DNA of 64,000 nt from Eledone cirrhosa (Eukaryota): positions 176,328,001 to 176,392,000 of the forward strand of contig OZ024741.1 of NCBI GenBank assembly GCA_964016885.1, read 5' to 3'. How positions within the stretch are numbered: position 1 is the first letter of the stretch; each line of letters begins with the position of its first letter. The notes under the pieces were generated by a model. The model made no database searches, had not been told where the DNA came from, and saw only the letters and a list, made by a program, of their open reading frames with translations. Positions 25,674-37,890 of the stretch are shown piece after piece. The position numbers and the translations under genes are program-made.

Positions 25674-26463
25674 GTCGTTCTTTTTCGGCTGCACGGGTGA
25701 TTTTAGGCTTAATCTTTATGTGTTGGTAATTTAACGATAGTTATAGCTCTGATTTATCCAAATTATTGAGCCCTCTGCCACTCATATCGGATTTGTTTAT
25801 CGTTAATTCGTGAGCTGATTTTCCGATACTCGATTATTCTATTATATTTAGCTCTAGACATAGCTATTGACCAGTTAATTTTATTGATAATTTCTTTTGT
25901 CGATTCTATTGAATGATGAATAGCTCCTGTTTATTTTAACATGTCTATTGAGCACTCTGATTCGATATCTGATATTTTGTACCCCCACATGATTTCCACA
26001 TTACCGAAAATTTTTCGCTAATATAGAGGTTATCTCCCTTGCTGGGCACCATGTGCGTGTCTGGCTAAAGGTCACTTCTTTATTTTCGGACGCAACCCGT
26101 TGATAAAGCTCTTCCGGTCCAGTCCTTCCCTAGAAGTCTTATATATTTTTATGTGGGCTGATAGTGTATGGATTAAGGAATTGCAGAAACCCAAGAAGCT
26201 AGATTTAACACCCTTCTAGCGGGTCCGGGTAAGTTTTTTACATTCATTTAAATTATTGATTTATTGATATTTTATTTGAGTGACCCGAATCCTCCTCGTC
26301 GTTCTTTTTCGGCTGCACGGGTGATTTTAGGCTTAATCTTTATGTGTTGGTAATTTAACGATAGTTATAGCTCTGATTTATCCAAATTATTGAGCCCTCT
26401 GCCACTCATATCGGATTTGTTTATCGTTAATTCGTGAGCTGATTTTCCGATACTCGATTATTC

Positions 26464-26470
<7 letters not shown>
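25674..26470 (+). mobile_element. Non-coding element of about 800 bp with 173-bp terminal direct repeats between (TA)n tracts (non-autonomous PLE/retrozyme-like)
   Basis: 25674-25846 matches 26298-26470. Carries GAGC(C/A)CTCT motifs like the PLE 5' UTRs in this window. Confidence 0.6.
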
Positions 26471-26527
<57 letters not shown>

Positions 26528-27148
26528 ATGTGTGTGTTTGAGTATGTGTATAAATATATATACATAGATAGATAAATATACATATGTACATGTGCAAGCC
26601 TTCATACAAATTGCTTTCACCATTTCATTAGTTGATACTACAAGAATATTTCCCTCCAAAATAATGTGTCTCAGAAGTAGAAGATGGAATAAAGGCTTTA
26701 TCGATTTTTTCGATGTAAATAAACATGTTATTTGGTAGAAGTTAAGCAAATAGTTCAATTGTTGTCTGCCCTCTTGTAAATGCTTTTGCATATAATATGA
26801 TAGACATTTATGGCTCCCAGCTGCCTTCCCACAACAAAAAATTGCACAATTTGTTTTTCTGGATTAATCAAATGAAAGAAATTACGAGAAATGGCAAAGC
26901 TTAATCAAAAATATTCTTTAATAAAAAACAACGTAGATAAATATGTAAGCTGGAATGTTTTGTTGACAAACTTTCAACGCTTGGCGATTGTGTGAAAAGG
27001 CACACATTAATGTCTCTTTTAACTACTACTTTATTTATCTACACTTATACATTGAGAGACACGGACACGTGTACAAGTACGCCCACATATTTATATACCT
27101 AGCCACAAGTGTGTGCATATATATACACACACAGTCTCTCTCTCACAT

Positions 27149-27179
<31 letters not shown>

Positions 27180-27221
27180 AATCTATATACACACACACAC
27201 ACACACACAGACACACATATA

Positions 27222-27252
<31 letters not shown>

Positions 27253-28731
27253 GTGTATGTGTGTGTGTGTGTGTATACACACTCATGTATATAGATACAT
27301 CTGTTTGTGAAACGTAGCGCATAGCTTTTTAACGAATATACGTCCTCGACTTTCTGAGGAAAGTAAACTCATCTCTTACATCATAGTTTTTTTTCTCTAT
27401 GCAAATAGAAATAGAAAACAAATCTATCCTACAGTTTTGTGATAGTTTCATAAGAACAGTAAAATCCCATTTTCTGTCCAGGGAGGCAATAAAAAACATG
27501 CCGTTTTCTATTCGTATTTTTAGTTATAGGTACTGGAAGGCAGTTGTGTTATTTTAGGATTTATCCCCGCAAGAATGTGTATTTAATGGTTAGATTCATG
27601 TTTAATGATTGATACATTTCTGAAGGAATCGTGGGAGGAAGGCAGAAAGTAATTTATTGTGTGTAAGTTGATATTCTATCTAAGATACTGTATTCAATCA
27701 TACGCGGTATAATGTTATTTTTCAAACATTGTTATATGGTGCTGAAACTAATCTGAAATCGTAATTATGTTGATAGAGACGGTTCTTAAAATGGCGAAAT
27801 CTCACTCGTTCACATAAACACTTTAACTAACACAAATAAAGAGGTCTTTTTTTTATAAAGAAGACAACAACATCTAGAACATGAGTCAGAAATCGAAGAT
27901 GTACATGACGTGAAACCTAACTGAATATTTTGATACCGGCATAGGGAAAACAAGTTTTTACTCTTTTGAACGTAACCTCAAAGGGAGTAGTGAATAAGAC
28001 TTACCAGTCTTATATACAATAATAAAACTGTTATTTGTAGTTCTTAAGAAAGAAACAGTGTGTTACGATTTATTACATATACTGCAGAATACATAAACGC
28101 AAATATACAGGCAAACATACACACACACATATATATAAGCACATACATAAACACACACAGAGAGACACAGCCACACATACTCACACACACACACACACAC
28201 ATACACACACCCCACACCCACACACCCACACCCAGACACACACACATACATACACACACACATACACACACACACACACAGCCACAGACATATATATATA
28301 GATATACTTATCAATTTGGAAAAAGTGTCCCGCCTCGCTAAAATTATATAAAATGCACTCAAAAACAAATATTGAGAAAAAAGGAAACTAACGAAACACA
28401 GGCAGTTCTATCTCATCAGTCGACCCCTAGAAGCACGTTGCTTCAGTGCTTTAAGATAGACACAACTGGTTCTAATGTACAGAAGACAGTAACAAATAAG
28501 AGAAAGTATGCTACGAACGCATCTGGTGCAACTGAGAGAAGAGATATCGATGAGGTTCCACATATTCATTAGCCAAGAACAAGAACGAAAAGAAAAGGTG
28601 GTAGAGATAAGGGGTGTACACACATTAACGTTCCCTCTGCTCATATGTTAAGTCCTAAAAAGATAGACACAGCGAGCTGTGAGAGAGACATAGAGTATGT
28701 GTGTGTATGTGTGTGTATGTGTGTGTGTGTA

Positions 28732-28833
<102 letters not shown>

Positions 28834-28884
28834 ACGACAGAGGAACGTGTACAGTGTAATATAAAACATATCAAATTAATAAAT

Positions 28885-29350
28885 TTCAGCAGAGTCGGTA
28901 AGGTCATCCTGGCACACTGCACTTTTGCCATCTTGCTAGTCTTTCCTTCGTTGTCCGTTGATGCGGATGGGATGGGTTCTTCCTACCATTATTAGTATTA
29001 TTTGTTGTGGCTGTGCGTTTATCTTAGCTCTTAGATATCAACATTTCAAGATGCTTTTTGAAAACATCTAATTCCAGCGCTTTCAGCTTTATTGCTGTAT
29101 ATTAAAATCTGGAGGCTCTTGGATCCACAACTGTTGAAGTATCTGATCCATGCTCTGCACAGAAAGGAATGTATCATTGGCACTAGGTAGTGGCGTCATA
29201 TACGAGGGCTAGTTTAGCTCTTGTTGTGAAGATATGGTTCTAGACATTCCATTTTCTTCTATATTTGTGACTCTGAGAATCGATCCCTTCTTTGCTCAAG
29301 GGAACTGAGTTTTTTCAGTTTGTCACATTGGCCTCTACCGTGACGTTGGT
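28885..29350 (-). mobile_element. Decayed RTE-type LINE 3' fragment
   Basis: The minus strand has remnants resembling the RTE post-RT region (YDATT..N...FL...W.RYF..C..KSL.IL) and a 3' end of type ..KMAKVQCARMT.P. Confidence 0.45.
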
Positions 29351-29369
29351 TTGTAAGTCTAACAAAATT

Positions 29370-29855
29370 ACAATTGACATTCACAAGATAAATTCTATCA
29401 ACACCTAATAGAAATATTTAATAAATTAGCACTAAAAATTATTGAAGTCCATAATCTACCAACGCCCATTTCCTAGATGTAAGCTTCGATTTACAGAGGG
29501 GGTAGCTATGAAATTTATCATAATCGTAATGAGAAACTAATATATATTAGCAGAGGGTTCGGTCACCAACATATAGTCTTTAGAAACCCTGTTCAAAATA
29601 TTATCCATATGATCCCCAATATATCGTCCACTAAAGAAGTATTTGATAAGACAGCCATTTACTACAATAAAGCACTTACAAATAATATAAAGTCAATTAT
29701 ATACCCTACCATATACACTAACACAAAAGTAAAACATAGAATAAAAAATCTTATATCATTCATATAAAGTTTCTAACTGGCAGTGAAGGGTAATGCTGGT
29801 AAACTTTTCTTAGACCTAATAAGCAATTCTCCCCTCATCATAGTTATAGCCATGT
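29370..29855 (+). pseudogene. Decayed Naiad-type PLE RT-thumb fragment
   Basis: Colinear with 32630-33100: FNKLALKII..NL.NA.FLDVSFDL, NEKLIYI..GH..IVF.N, ISSTKEVFDK..YYNKAL. Confidence 0.75.
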
Positions 29856-30210
29856 GCACAGGCCTCACAGGCCGAACACCAAAGAGCCACGTGAGAATGC
29901 TAAGTGCAATTGAGAGGACCTACCACAAAAGAACGTGACGAATAAAGAATAAGAGTCATAGCAATCCATGCAACCAAACCAGGACACGAAAATATATATA
30001 TATATATATATATATCCAGGAAGTGTAACGTGAAGTTACTGTAGGTTCACCCAGGTGAGCACAAAATGTTTAGGTCCACGTCAGTGGCGAGGTGTAGAGC
30101 TAAACAGAGTGTAATATAATATTAATACAAGGTCGATTTGTTAAGCCTTCATTACGGTCATTGATTATAGAAGCACGTTTCACTTTAGCTCAGTTCAAGG
30201 TTCGATCTGT

Positions 30211-30387
30211 ATCGATCTGGCACGACTCTGGAATCAAAATCTCGTCGGACCTCTGCTGTTGTAATGACAGAATGAACATATAAAGCATAGAAATGTCTGT
30301 AATATTTCCATGCTTTATATTTTCATTTTGTCATTACAACAGCAGAGGTACGACGAGATTTTAAATCCAGAGTCGGACCAGATTGAT
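30211..30387. repeat. Inverted repeat (about 85-bp arms, short loop)
   Basis: ATCGATCTGG..AATCTCGTCGGACCTCTGCTGTTGTAATGACA...TGTCATTACAACAGCAGAGGTACGACGAGATT..CCAGATTGAT. Confidence 0.9.
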
Positions 30388-30473
30388 ATATTTATATATG
30401 GGATTTGTGGCTAGGGCATCCAGCTCGTGCGCACGCACGCGCGCGCGCGCACACGCGCACACACACACACACA

Positions 30474-30569
<96 letters not shown>

Positions 30570-30616
30570 GCTGGGTCATGTATCGCTGTCAAAAATTTTT
30601 AAAATAAAATATATAG

Positions 30617-30658
<42 letters not shown>

Positions 30659-30904
30659 TTTCTTATATTTATTTGCGTGTGTGAATATGTAGAGGAGTGC
30701 ATTCATGTATGTGTATGTATGTACGTTTTGTATGTTTGTGTGAATGTATGTATGTGTATATATATGTGTGTGTGTATGGCTATGTTTGTGTATGTGTATG
30801 CTTGTACACACACATGTGTATGTGTGTGTATGTGTATGTGTGTATATGTATATATATGTATATATATATATATATATATGTACATATATATATGTGTGTG
30901 GATA

Positions 30905-30946
<42 letters not shown>

Positions 30947-31257
30947 TGTGTGTGTGTGCGTGTGCGCGTGTGTGTATATGTATTAATGTATGTATGTGTA
31001 TATGTGTATATATATGTGTTTGTGTAGGTAAGTGTACGTTTTATATATATGTGTATATGTATATATGTATGCGTACACACACATATATATATGTATATAT
31101 GTATGTGTGTGTAAGTATGCTTTTGGGGTTTTTTGTGTGTGTGTTTGCATGCGTAGTTTTATTTTATTTTTCCTTTCCTTCTCCCTTCTCCAGCCTCACT
31201 TTCATATAGATTGCATTTTTGGTTTTGTAATCCAAATTCAATAAACAAACCAGCTTT

Positions 31258-31317
31258 TTCCGTTCTGATGATTGAAAGCAAAACCTTTTGCTTTTAAGAA
31301 ACCACTGGTAAATGGAA
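31258..31317 (+). ncRNA. Type I hammerhead ribozyme in the 5' pLTR
   Basis: Stem I UUCCGUU/AAUGGAA, core CUGAUGA (31265-31271), stem II UUGAAAGCAAAA..UUUUGCUUUUAA, and GAAA-CCACUGG-UA. Confidence 0.92.
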
Positions 31318-31536
31318 TAATTGCCTTATGTTGTTTATTACATAATAATAATAATTAAGCTCTGTTGCCTACATAGAGCACTCTTTTTTCCTGGACTTTT
31401 CCGATGGAATTACTTCATTTATACAGCTCCAACCGGGATTGATCGCAGCATATTCTATATTACATATACGATTGGCACTTTCCAGCCCGATTAGTTGAGC
31501 ACTCTACAGTTTTCAGGAATTTAACCAACATACACC

Positions 31537-33662
31537 ATGGACCTTTATGATTTGGATTATTCTATCAAAAACATACCTACTCCTTCCAACACAACTTACA
31601 CCAAAATCCTCATTGATAAAATCGAACAAGTCGTTAAAAGAATGAGATGGAAGGCAATGGTTTACAATGGACTATTCAGTGCTGATACTAAAGATTATTT
31701 TGACATTAAATCCCGTAAATATCCACCTAGAATTAAAGACATGGCCAACTTCGAATTAGACCTCGTTAATCTAATTAGTGATATCAAATTTCCTAAGTAC
31801 AATAATAACTTTCAAACTAAACTTTCTAACGATATCTCTAATTTTAGAAATTCTGCAAACACTTTCGTTCTTTCTGATAAAACTAAAAACCTCTTTGAAG
31901 TTAATAGTAATTTGTATAACCAACTTTTAACTAATAGTATTACCAATAAATATCAATTAACTAATAATAATAGCTACAATACTATCAATAAAGAAGCTAA
32001 AGAACTAGCTAGTTCTTTACAAATAGATAACCGGATTGAAAGCTTAGCTAAGCGTAAAGCATATATTAACCTTAAATACCATAAATTGGACTTTACTAAT
32101 CGACCTAGTTGTAGACTGATTAACCCGGCTAAATCCGAGGTTGGCCTTGCTAGTAAGAAAATCCTAAGAAAAATAATTCTCCAAATTAGAACTAACACTG
32201 ACCTTTCACAGTGGCTAAATACTTCCTCTGTTATTTCTTGGTTCAATAATATACAAGGTAAAAATAAGTGTAGATTTACCCAATTTGATATTGTCGATTT
32301 TTACCCTTCTATTACTATTTCCTTATTAACTAATGCCTTAGATTTTGCAAGACCCTTCATTAATATCTCTAAATTAGAAGAGGACATTATCTTTCATGCT
32401 AGAAAAACTTTACTTTTTACTAATGATAATATTTGGGTTAAAAAGTCAAACCCTGAAAACTCTTTCGATGTTGCAATGGGTTCCTATGACAGTGCGGATG
32501 TGTGCGACTTAGTAGGATTATTCCTTCTCCACACACTCAAAGAGAAATTTCCGTCCCATAATATCGGTTTATACCGTGATGACGGATTAGCAGTTTCTCA
32601 TACCACCAACGGCCATAATCTTGATAAATTCCGTAAAGATTTAATTAGTACTTTTGCTAATCTTAACCTTAAAATTACTATAGATACGAACCTTACTAAT
32701 GCTAACTTTCTTGATATTAATCTTGATCTACTTACTGCCTCTTTTAAACCCTATCATAAACCTAATGAAAATCTTAGGTATATACACAAAGAGTCTTGCC
32801 ATCCCCCTATAGTTTTTAATAATCTTATTCCTAACATTAGCCGTAGGATATCTACCTTATCTTCGTCTATAGACATTTTTAATAAAGCCGCCCCTTATTA
32901 TAATAAAGCCCTTAAGAACAGCGGTTTTACAGAAAATATTTCCTATTTACCTACTCCCCCCCCCCTAAAACTAACCATAATAACAGGAAAAGGAAGATTA
33001 TTTGGTTCACACCCCCATTCTCTCTAAATGTCAAAACTAATGTAGGAAGGAAATTCCTTGAACTATTAGACAAACATTTTCCTCCTATTCATAGATATTA
33101 TAAGATTTTTAATAGGAATGTAGTTAAGATCAGCTACTCTTGTTGCCCATCCATGAAGTCCAAAATCACCAGTTCAAACCGTACGAGGATAAATCCAGGA
33201 TGCAGTTGCAGGAAGCCGGATGAATGCCCATTGCTGGGTAAATGTAACACGAAATCTGTCGTTTATGAGGCTAAGATAACGCCAGTTATCAACAACCAGC
33301 CAGCCAGGAGTGAGCAATATGTCGGTATGACCCAGGACAGGTTTAAAACCAGATTTTACTCACATGTCGCTTCTTTTAAGCACTCTGATAAACGAACATC
33401 AACGGCCCTCGCAAGTAAGTTATGGGATCTCAAGGATAGTAATATCCCGTACTCTATTGATTGGTCTATTTTAGACCATTCGAGAGAGTACCAAAGGGGC
33501 ACAAAGAATTGTTCTTTGTGTACCACAGAAAAGTATAGGATTTTGCTAAACTTGAGAGCCACTTCCGCTTGCCTTAACTCAAAGACTGGGATCTTCAGAT
33601 GCTGTCCTCATCTGAAATCGCATCTGATCTGTAACTGGATTGACACTCCTATGATAAATTAA
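31537..33662 (+). CDS. Naiad-type PLE reverse transcriptase-GIY-YIG endonuclease, about 708 aa if the single frameshift in the C10 run at 32956-32965 is corrected
   Basis: YSIKNIPTPS, RMRWKA, SDKT, RLINPAKS, FDIVDFYPSI, MGSYDSA, LYRDDGL, FLDINLDL. After the shift: IIWFTPPFS, CSCRKPDECPL, VVY..YVG, CSLC..EK, CPH. No other stop was seen. Confidence 0.9.
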
Positions 33663-33921
33663 CCGCCTTGAACTCCTTCTCTGCTCTTTACTTCTGCTAC
33701 GGTTTTTATTTTGCTGATTCTACCTTCTGTACTCTTGTATATTTAAAATTTTTTTCTCTCTTACCTCTCCTTATATTTTTACCTCCTCTTAGCCCCCTCC
33801 CCCATATATTCTTTTTGTTTTGCCCTTCACATACCTATGTGTATGTGTATGTATTATTTATATTTTTTTTGTGTGTATATATATGTGTGTATATATATAT
33901 ATGTATATGTGTATGTATATA

Positions 33922-33984
<63 letters not shown>

Positions 33985-34062
33985 TTGTGTATGTGTATTT
34001 ATATGTATATTTGTGTGTGTATATGTATGTATATGTGGATAAACCAGGTGTTTTTCACTTTT

Positions 34063-34122
34063 TTTCATTCTGAAGACTGAAGGAAACATTTCTTGCTTTT
34101 AAGAAACCTCTGGTGAATGGAA
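34063..34122 (+). ncRNA. Degenerate older copy of the pLTR hammerhead in the 3' UTR
   Basis: UUUCAUU-CUGAAGA-...GCUUUUAA-GAAA-CCUCUGG-UG-AAUGGAA. G at position 17 suggests it is inactive. Confidence 0.7.
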
Positions 34123-34272
34123 TAATTGCCTTATGTTGCTTTATTACCTTACTACTATATATACGTTTATGTAAGGTTCATTTGTCTTTTCTAATACTGA
34201 GTTTTACACATACACACATGTATATGTGTGTGTGTATGTGTATGCACATGTGTATATGTACGTATGTGTGTA

Positions 34273-34333
<61 letters not shown>

Positions 34334-34399
34334 GTATGTATGTATGTATATGTGCGTGTGTGTTTATTATTTTATTTTTTTATGTATGTGTGTGTGTGG

Positions 34400-34441
<42 letters not shown>

Positions 34442-34623
34442 TTGTTTTTGGTTGTGCGTGTTTTTGATATATACGTATTTGCATGTGTATAATTGTTTAG
34501 CTATGTATGTATATGTGTGTTTACGTATATGCGTGTGTGTGTGTGCGTTTATATTTTTATATTTTTGTATATATATATATATATATGTGTGTATATGTGT
34601 GTGTGTATATATATATATGTATA

Positions 34624-34698
<75 letters not shown>

Positions 34699-35003
34699 GT
34701 GTGTGTGTGTGTATATAATTATATATACATGTGTGTGTGTGTTTAATATGTATACGTGTGCGTGTTTGTGTATGTATGTGTATGTATGTGTTTCTGTATT
34801 TGTTTATGTATATTTATGTATGACAGTGTGTGTATGTGTTTACTATTTCGTACGTATGTATACGTGCTTTTTTGTGTGTATTACTTACCACGCGTGTCTG
34901 TCCTGTTAGCTGGGTCATGTATCGCTGTCAAAAACTTTTAAAATAAAATATATAGATATATAATATAATATAAGATCAAAAGATGGTTAAAGGAGTTCCA
35001 TGT

Positions 35004-35072
35004 ATTTTATTATGCGCATTTCAAAAACAAACATCATCATGCAATAATATTTGTGTTTTCATCAGATAAAAC
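35004..35072 (-). ncRNA. Type I hammerhead ribozyme (left arm of the palindrome)
   Basis: UUUUAU-CUGAUGA-AAACACAAAUAUUAU..AUGAUGUUUGUUUUU-GAAA-UGCGCA-UA-AUAAAA. Confidence 0.85.
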
Positions 35073-35192
35073 AGGAGAACATGATATGAAGGCTAAAAAA
35101 CACTTGTGGATAGTGCAGTTTTAAATCAACATATGTTGATTTAAAACTGCACTATCCACAAGTGTTTTTTAGCCTTCATATCATGTTCTCCT

Positions 35193-35261
35193 GTTTTATC
35201 TGATGAAAACACAAATATTATTGCATGATGATGTTTGTTTTTGAAATGCCCATAATAAAAT
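35193..35261 (+). ncRNA. Type I hammerhead ribozyme (right arm of the palindrome)
   Basis: CUGAUGA at 35200-35206, GAAA at 35243-35246, UGCCCA-UA, and stem I UUUUAU/AUAAAA. Confidence 0.85.
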
Positions 35262-35977
35262 ACATGGAACTCCTTTAACCATCTTTTGATCTTATATTAT
35301 GTATACTCTAGTCCTACAAACTGTAGAGTGCTTCTTATCCGATATCTGCATTGCTTTATTGTACTACAATAAAACTCACCTCCTACATACGATATATAAT
35401 ATATATATATATATTTTTTTTTTTTCTTATATGTATTTGCGTGTGTGAATATGTAGAGGAGTGCATTCATGTATGTGTATGTATGTACGTTTTGTATGTT
35501 TGTGTGAATGTATGTATGTGTATATATATGTGTGTGTGTATGGCTATGTTTGTGTATGTGTATGCTTGTACACACACATGTGTATGTGTGTGTATGTGTA
35601 TGTGTGTATATGTATATATATGTATATATATATATATATATATGTACATATATATATGTTTGTGTGTGTGTGTGTGTGTGTGTGCGCGTGTGTGTATATG
35701 TATTAATGTATGTATGTGTATATGTGTGTATATATGTGTTTGTGTAGGTAAGTGTACGTTTTATATATATCTGTATATGTATATATGTATGCGTACACAC
35801 ACATATATATATGTATATATGTATGTGTGTGTAAGTATGTTTTGGGGTTTTTTTGTGTGTGTGTTTGCATGCGTCGTTTTATTTTATTTTTCCTTTCCTT
35901 CTCCCTTCTCCAGCCTCACTTTCATATAGATTGCATTTTTGGTTTTGTAATCCAAATTCAATAAACAAACCAGCTTT

Positions 35978-36037
35978 TTCCGTTCTGATGATTGAAAGCA
36001 AAACCTTTTGCTTTTAAGAAACCACTGGTAAATGGAA
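35978..36037 (+). ncRNA. Type I hammerhead ribozyme in the 3' pLTR
   Basis: Identical to 31258-31317. Confidence 0.92.
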
Positions 36038-36139
36038 TAATTGCCTTATGTTGTTTATTACATAATAATAATAATTAAGCTCTGTTGCCTACATAGAGCA
36101 CTCTTTTTTCCTGGACTTTTCCGATGGAATTACTTCATT

Positions 36140-36183
<44 letters not shown>

Positions 36184-36314
36184 ATGTAAGTTACATTTCA
36201 AATATTGGAATGAATATAAGTTAATGCCAACTCAGTGAAATTTAAACGTGCTCCAATATAATTTAATTATTGTAGATTCCATAACTATAAATTGCAAACA
36301 CATTGTTCAGTATC

Positions 36315-36372
<58 letters not shown>

Positions 36373-37706
36373 CATATATGTAAATTCCAGGTTAGGAAAC
36401 GAAAGATTGGTATCACAGTTGAAACTCTTTTGACAACATTTCTCTTCTCTCGTGGCTGCCTGGAGACTAAACACTAACAACAACTTCAACTTTTCACAAG
36501 AACTGCTGAATCATTAATTTATTTTCCATTTCTCACGGAATATATTTGGCCATTTGCAGCTGTTGGAAAATAAGAATCTACATACATTTCCACCGCTGCT
36601 TCCTAATAACATATCAAACTTACCTTTCTATCATGTGTTTTTCAAAGAGTGTTTTTTGGCACCAATAATATTAGACATGAATCGTTTGAAATGTGTATTT
36701 TGTGAGTTCTTTCTATCTTTTTATGAAAAATATTTAACCTATGCGAAAGAAGAAAAAACATCAATGTAATTATGTTTCTTGATTTAACTTACTTTTAAAA
36801 ATTAATTACATTATTTGGATAATTACACACACAAAAAAAACTATCATGCTATTTTGAATGTTAAGTATAAATAAATAAATATATACATGATGCATTGTAT
36901 TAATAGATAATTTCCATTGTATGGCTTAATGGGTGAGCATAAGCAGGTCATGATTTCATTTAAAAGAATACTAGTTCATTTCAATACAAGAGAAACATGC
37001 TCCTCCTTTGTCATAGTTTTATGTATCTAGTTATTTTTTGTAGAAACAAATATTTTCTTCCGTTAATTTATATTTTTAATTTAAGTACGGGCGGAGAAGA
37101 AAATACTAAACACCTTCTGTGACAATTAGTCGCCTGTTACACGTACAAAACAAATTTCATTAATCGGGAGACAATCGCAAACGAAACTACATAGTCCAAC
37201 ATGTGATTTAAAAGCGGATGATTGTTAATCCGAACGCTTACAGAACGCTTACAATATTCCTCAGAAATGAAGTCCTTTCGAACATTATCAATTTTGAAAA
37301 CAGACTGATGGGAAATTAATTCTATAATAGGTTATAGTCAAAAGCAAATTTGGCAGAAGAAAAGAAATATGATAGTGTCAAACATATATTATATAGTAAG
37401 GAGAATATCTTCAAAACAGAGAACTCATTGAAATACATGACAGATAATGAACTATACCCTAAATCAACCAAATGCTCTATTCATTCGTCATACACATTAG
37501 TATGCCATGTATGTATGTGTGCGTGTGTGTGTACGTATCTATGTCTAAAACCTAGTTGCTTAAGACGTTTTATACGATATATCATATACGATAGATCAAG
37601 TTTGAAATTTTATTATCATAGACATTTATCTATATATCACGGAGCTTATTGGCTACAACTAAAGTAGAACATAAATGTCGTGAATTTCATACTTATATCA
37701 GCGAGC

Positions 37707-37890
37707 TAAATTGCAGGTAGTTATAGGGTAGGACGCCATGCTTTGCAGCACAGTTACGTCCCTTTACGGACTGAGTTCAAATCCCGCTGAGGTTAACTTT
37801 GCCTTTCATCCTTACGGGTCGTAAAATAAAGTACCAGTAATACACTGGAATAATTGCTGGCCTTGTGCCAAAAAGTAGAAACAATTATTA
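37707..37890 (+). mobile_element. SINE (same family)
   Basis: Head, GAGTTCAAATCCC, central domain and tail AAAAGTAGAAACAATTAT. Confidence 0.85.

Larger units (their letters stand above)
34965..35300. repeat. Zero-spacer palindrome (168-bp arms, about 1 mismatch) inserted in a (TA)n tract of the 3' pLTR
   Basis: The axis is between 35132 and 35133 (AATCAACAT|ATGTTGATT). It is absent from the 5' pLTR. Confidence 0.95.
30569..36139 (+). mobile_element. Near-complete Naiad-clade Penelope-like element with direct pseudo-LTRs, inserted in (TA)n
   Basis: The pLTR at 30569-31419 is repeated at 34908-36139, where it is interrupted at about 34965-35395. Each pLTR has an HHR, and the RT-EN ORF lies between them. 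Confidence 0.93.

Noticed and set aside
34965-35300. Interpreting the palindromes as MITEs or Foldback DNA transposons
   Set aside because: There are no shared TIR ends between families. One arm often continues as unique element sequence, and the arms contain PLE-type HHRs. Not fully excluded for the HHR-less cases.
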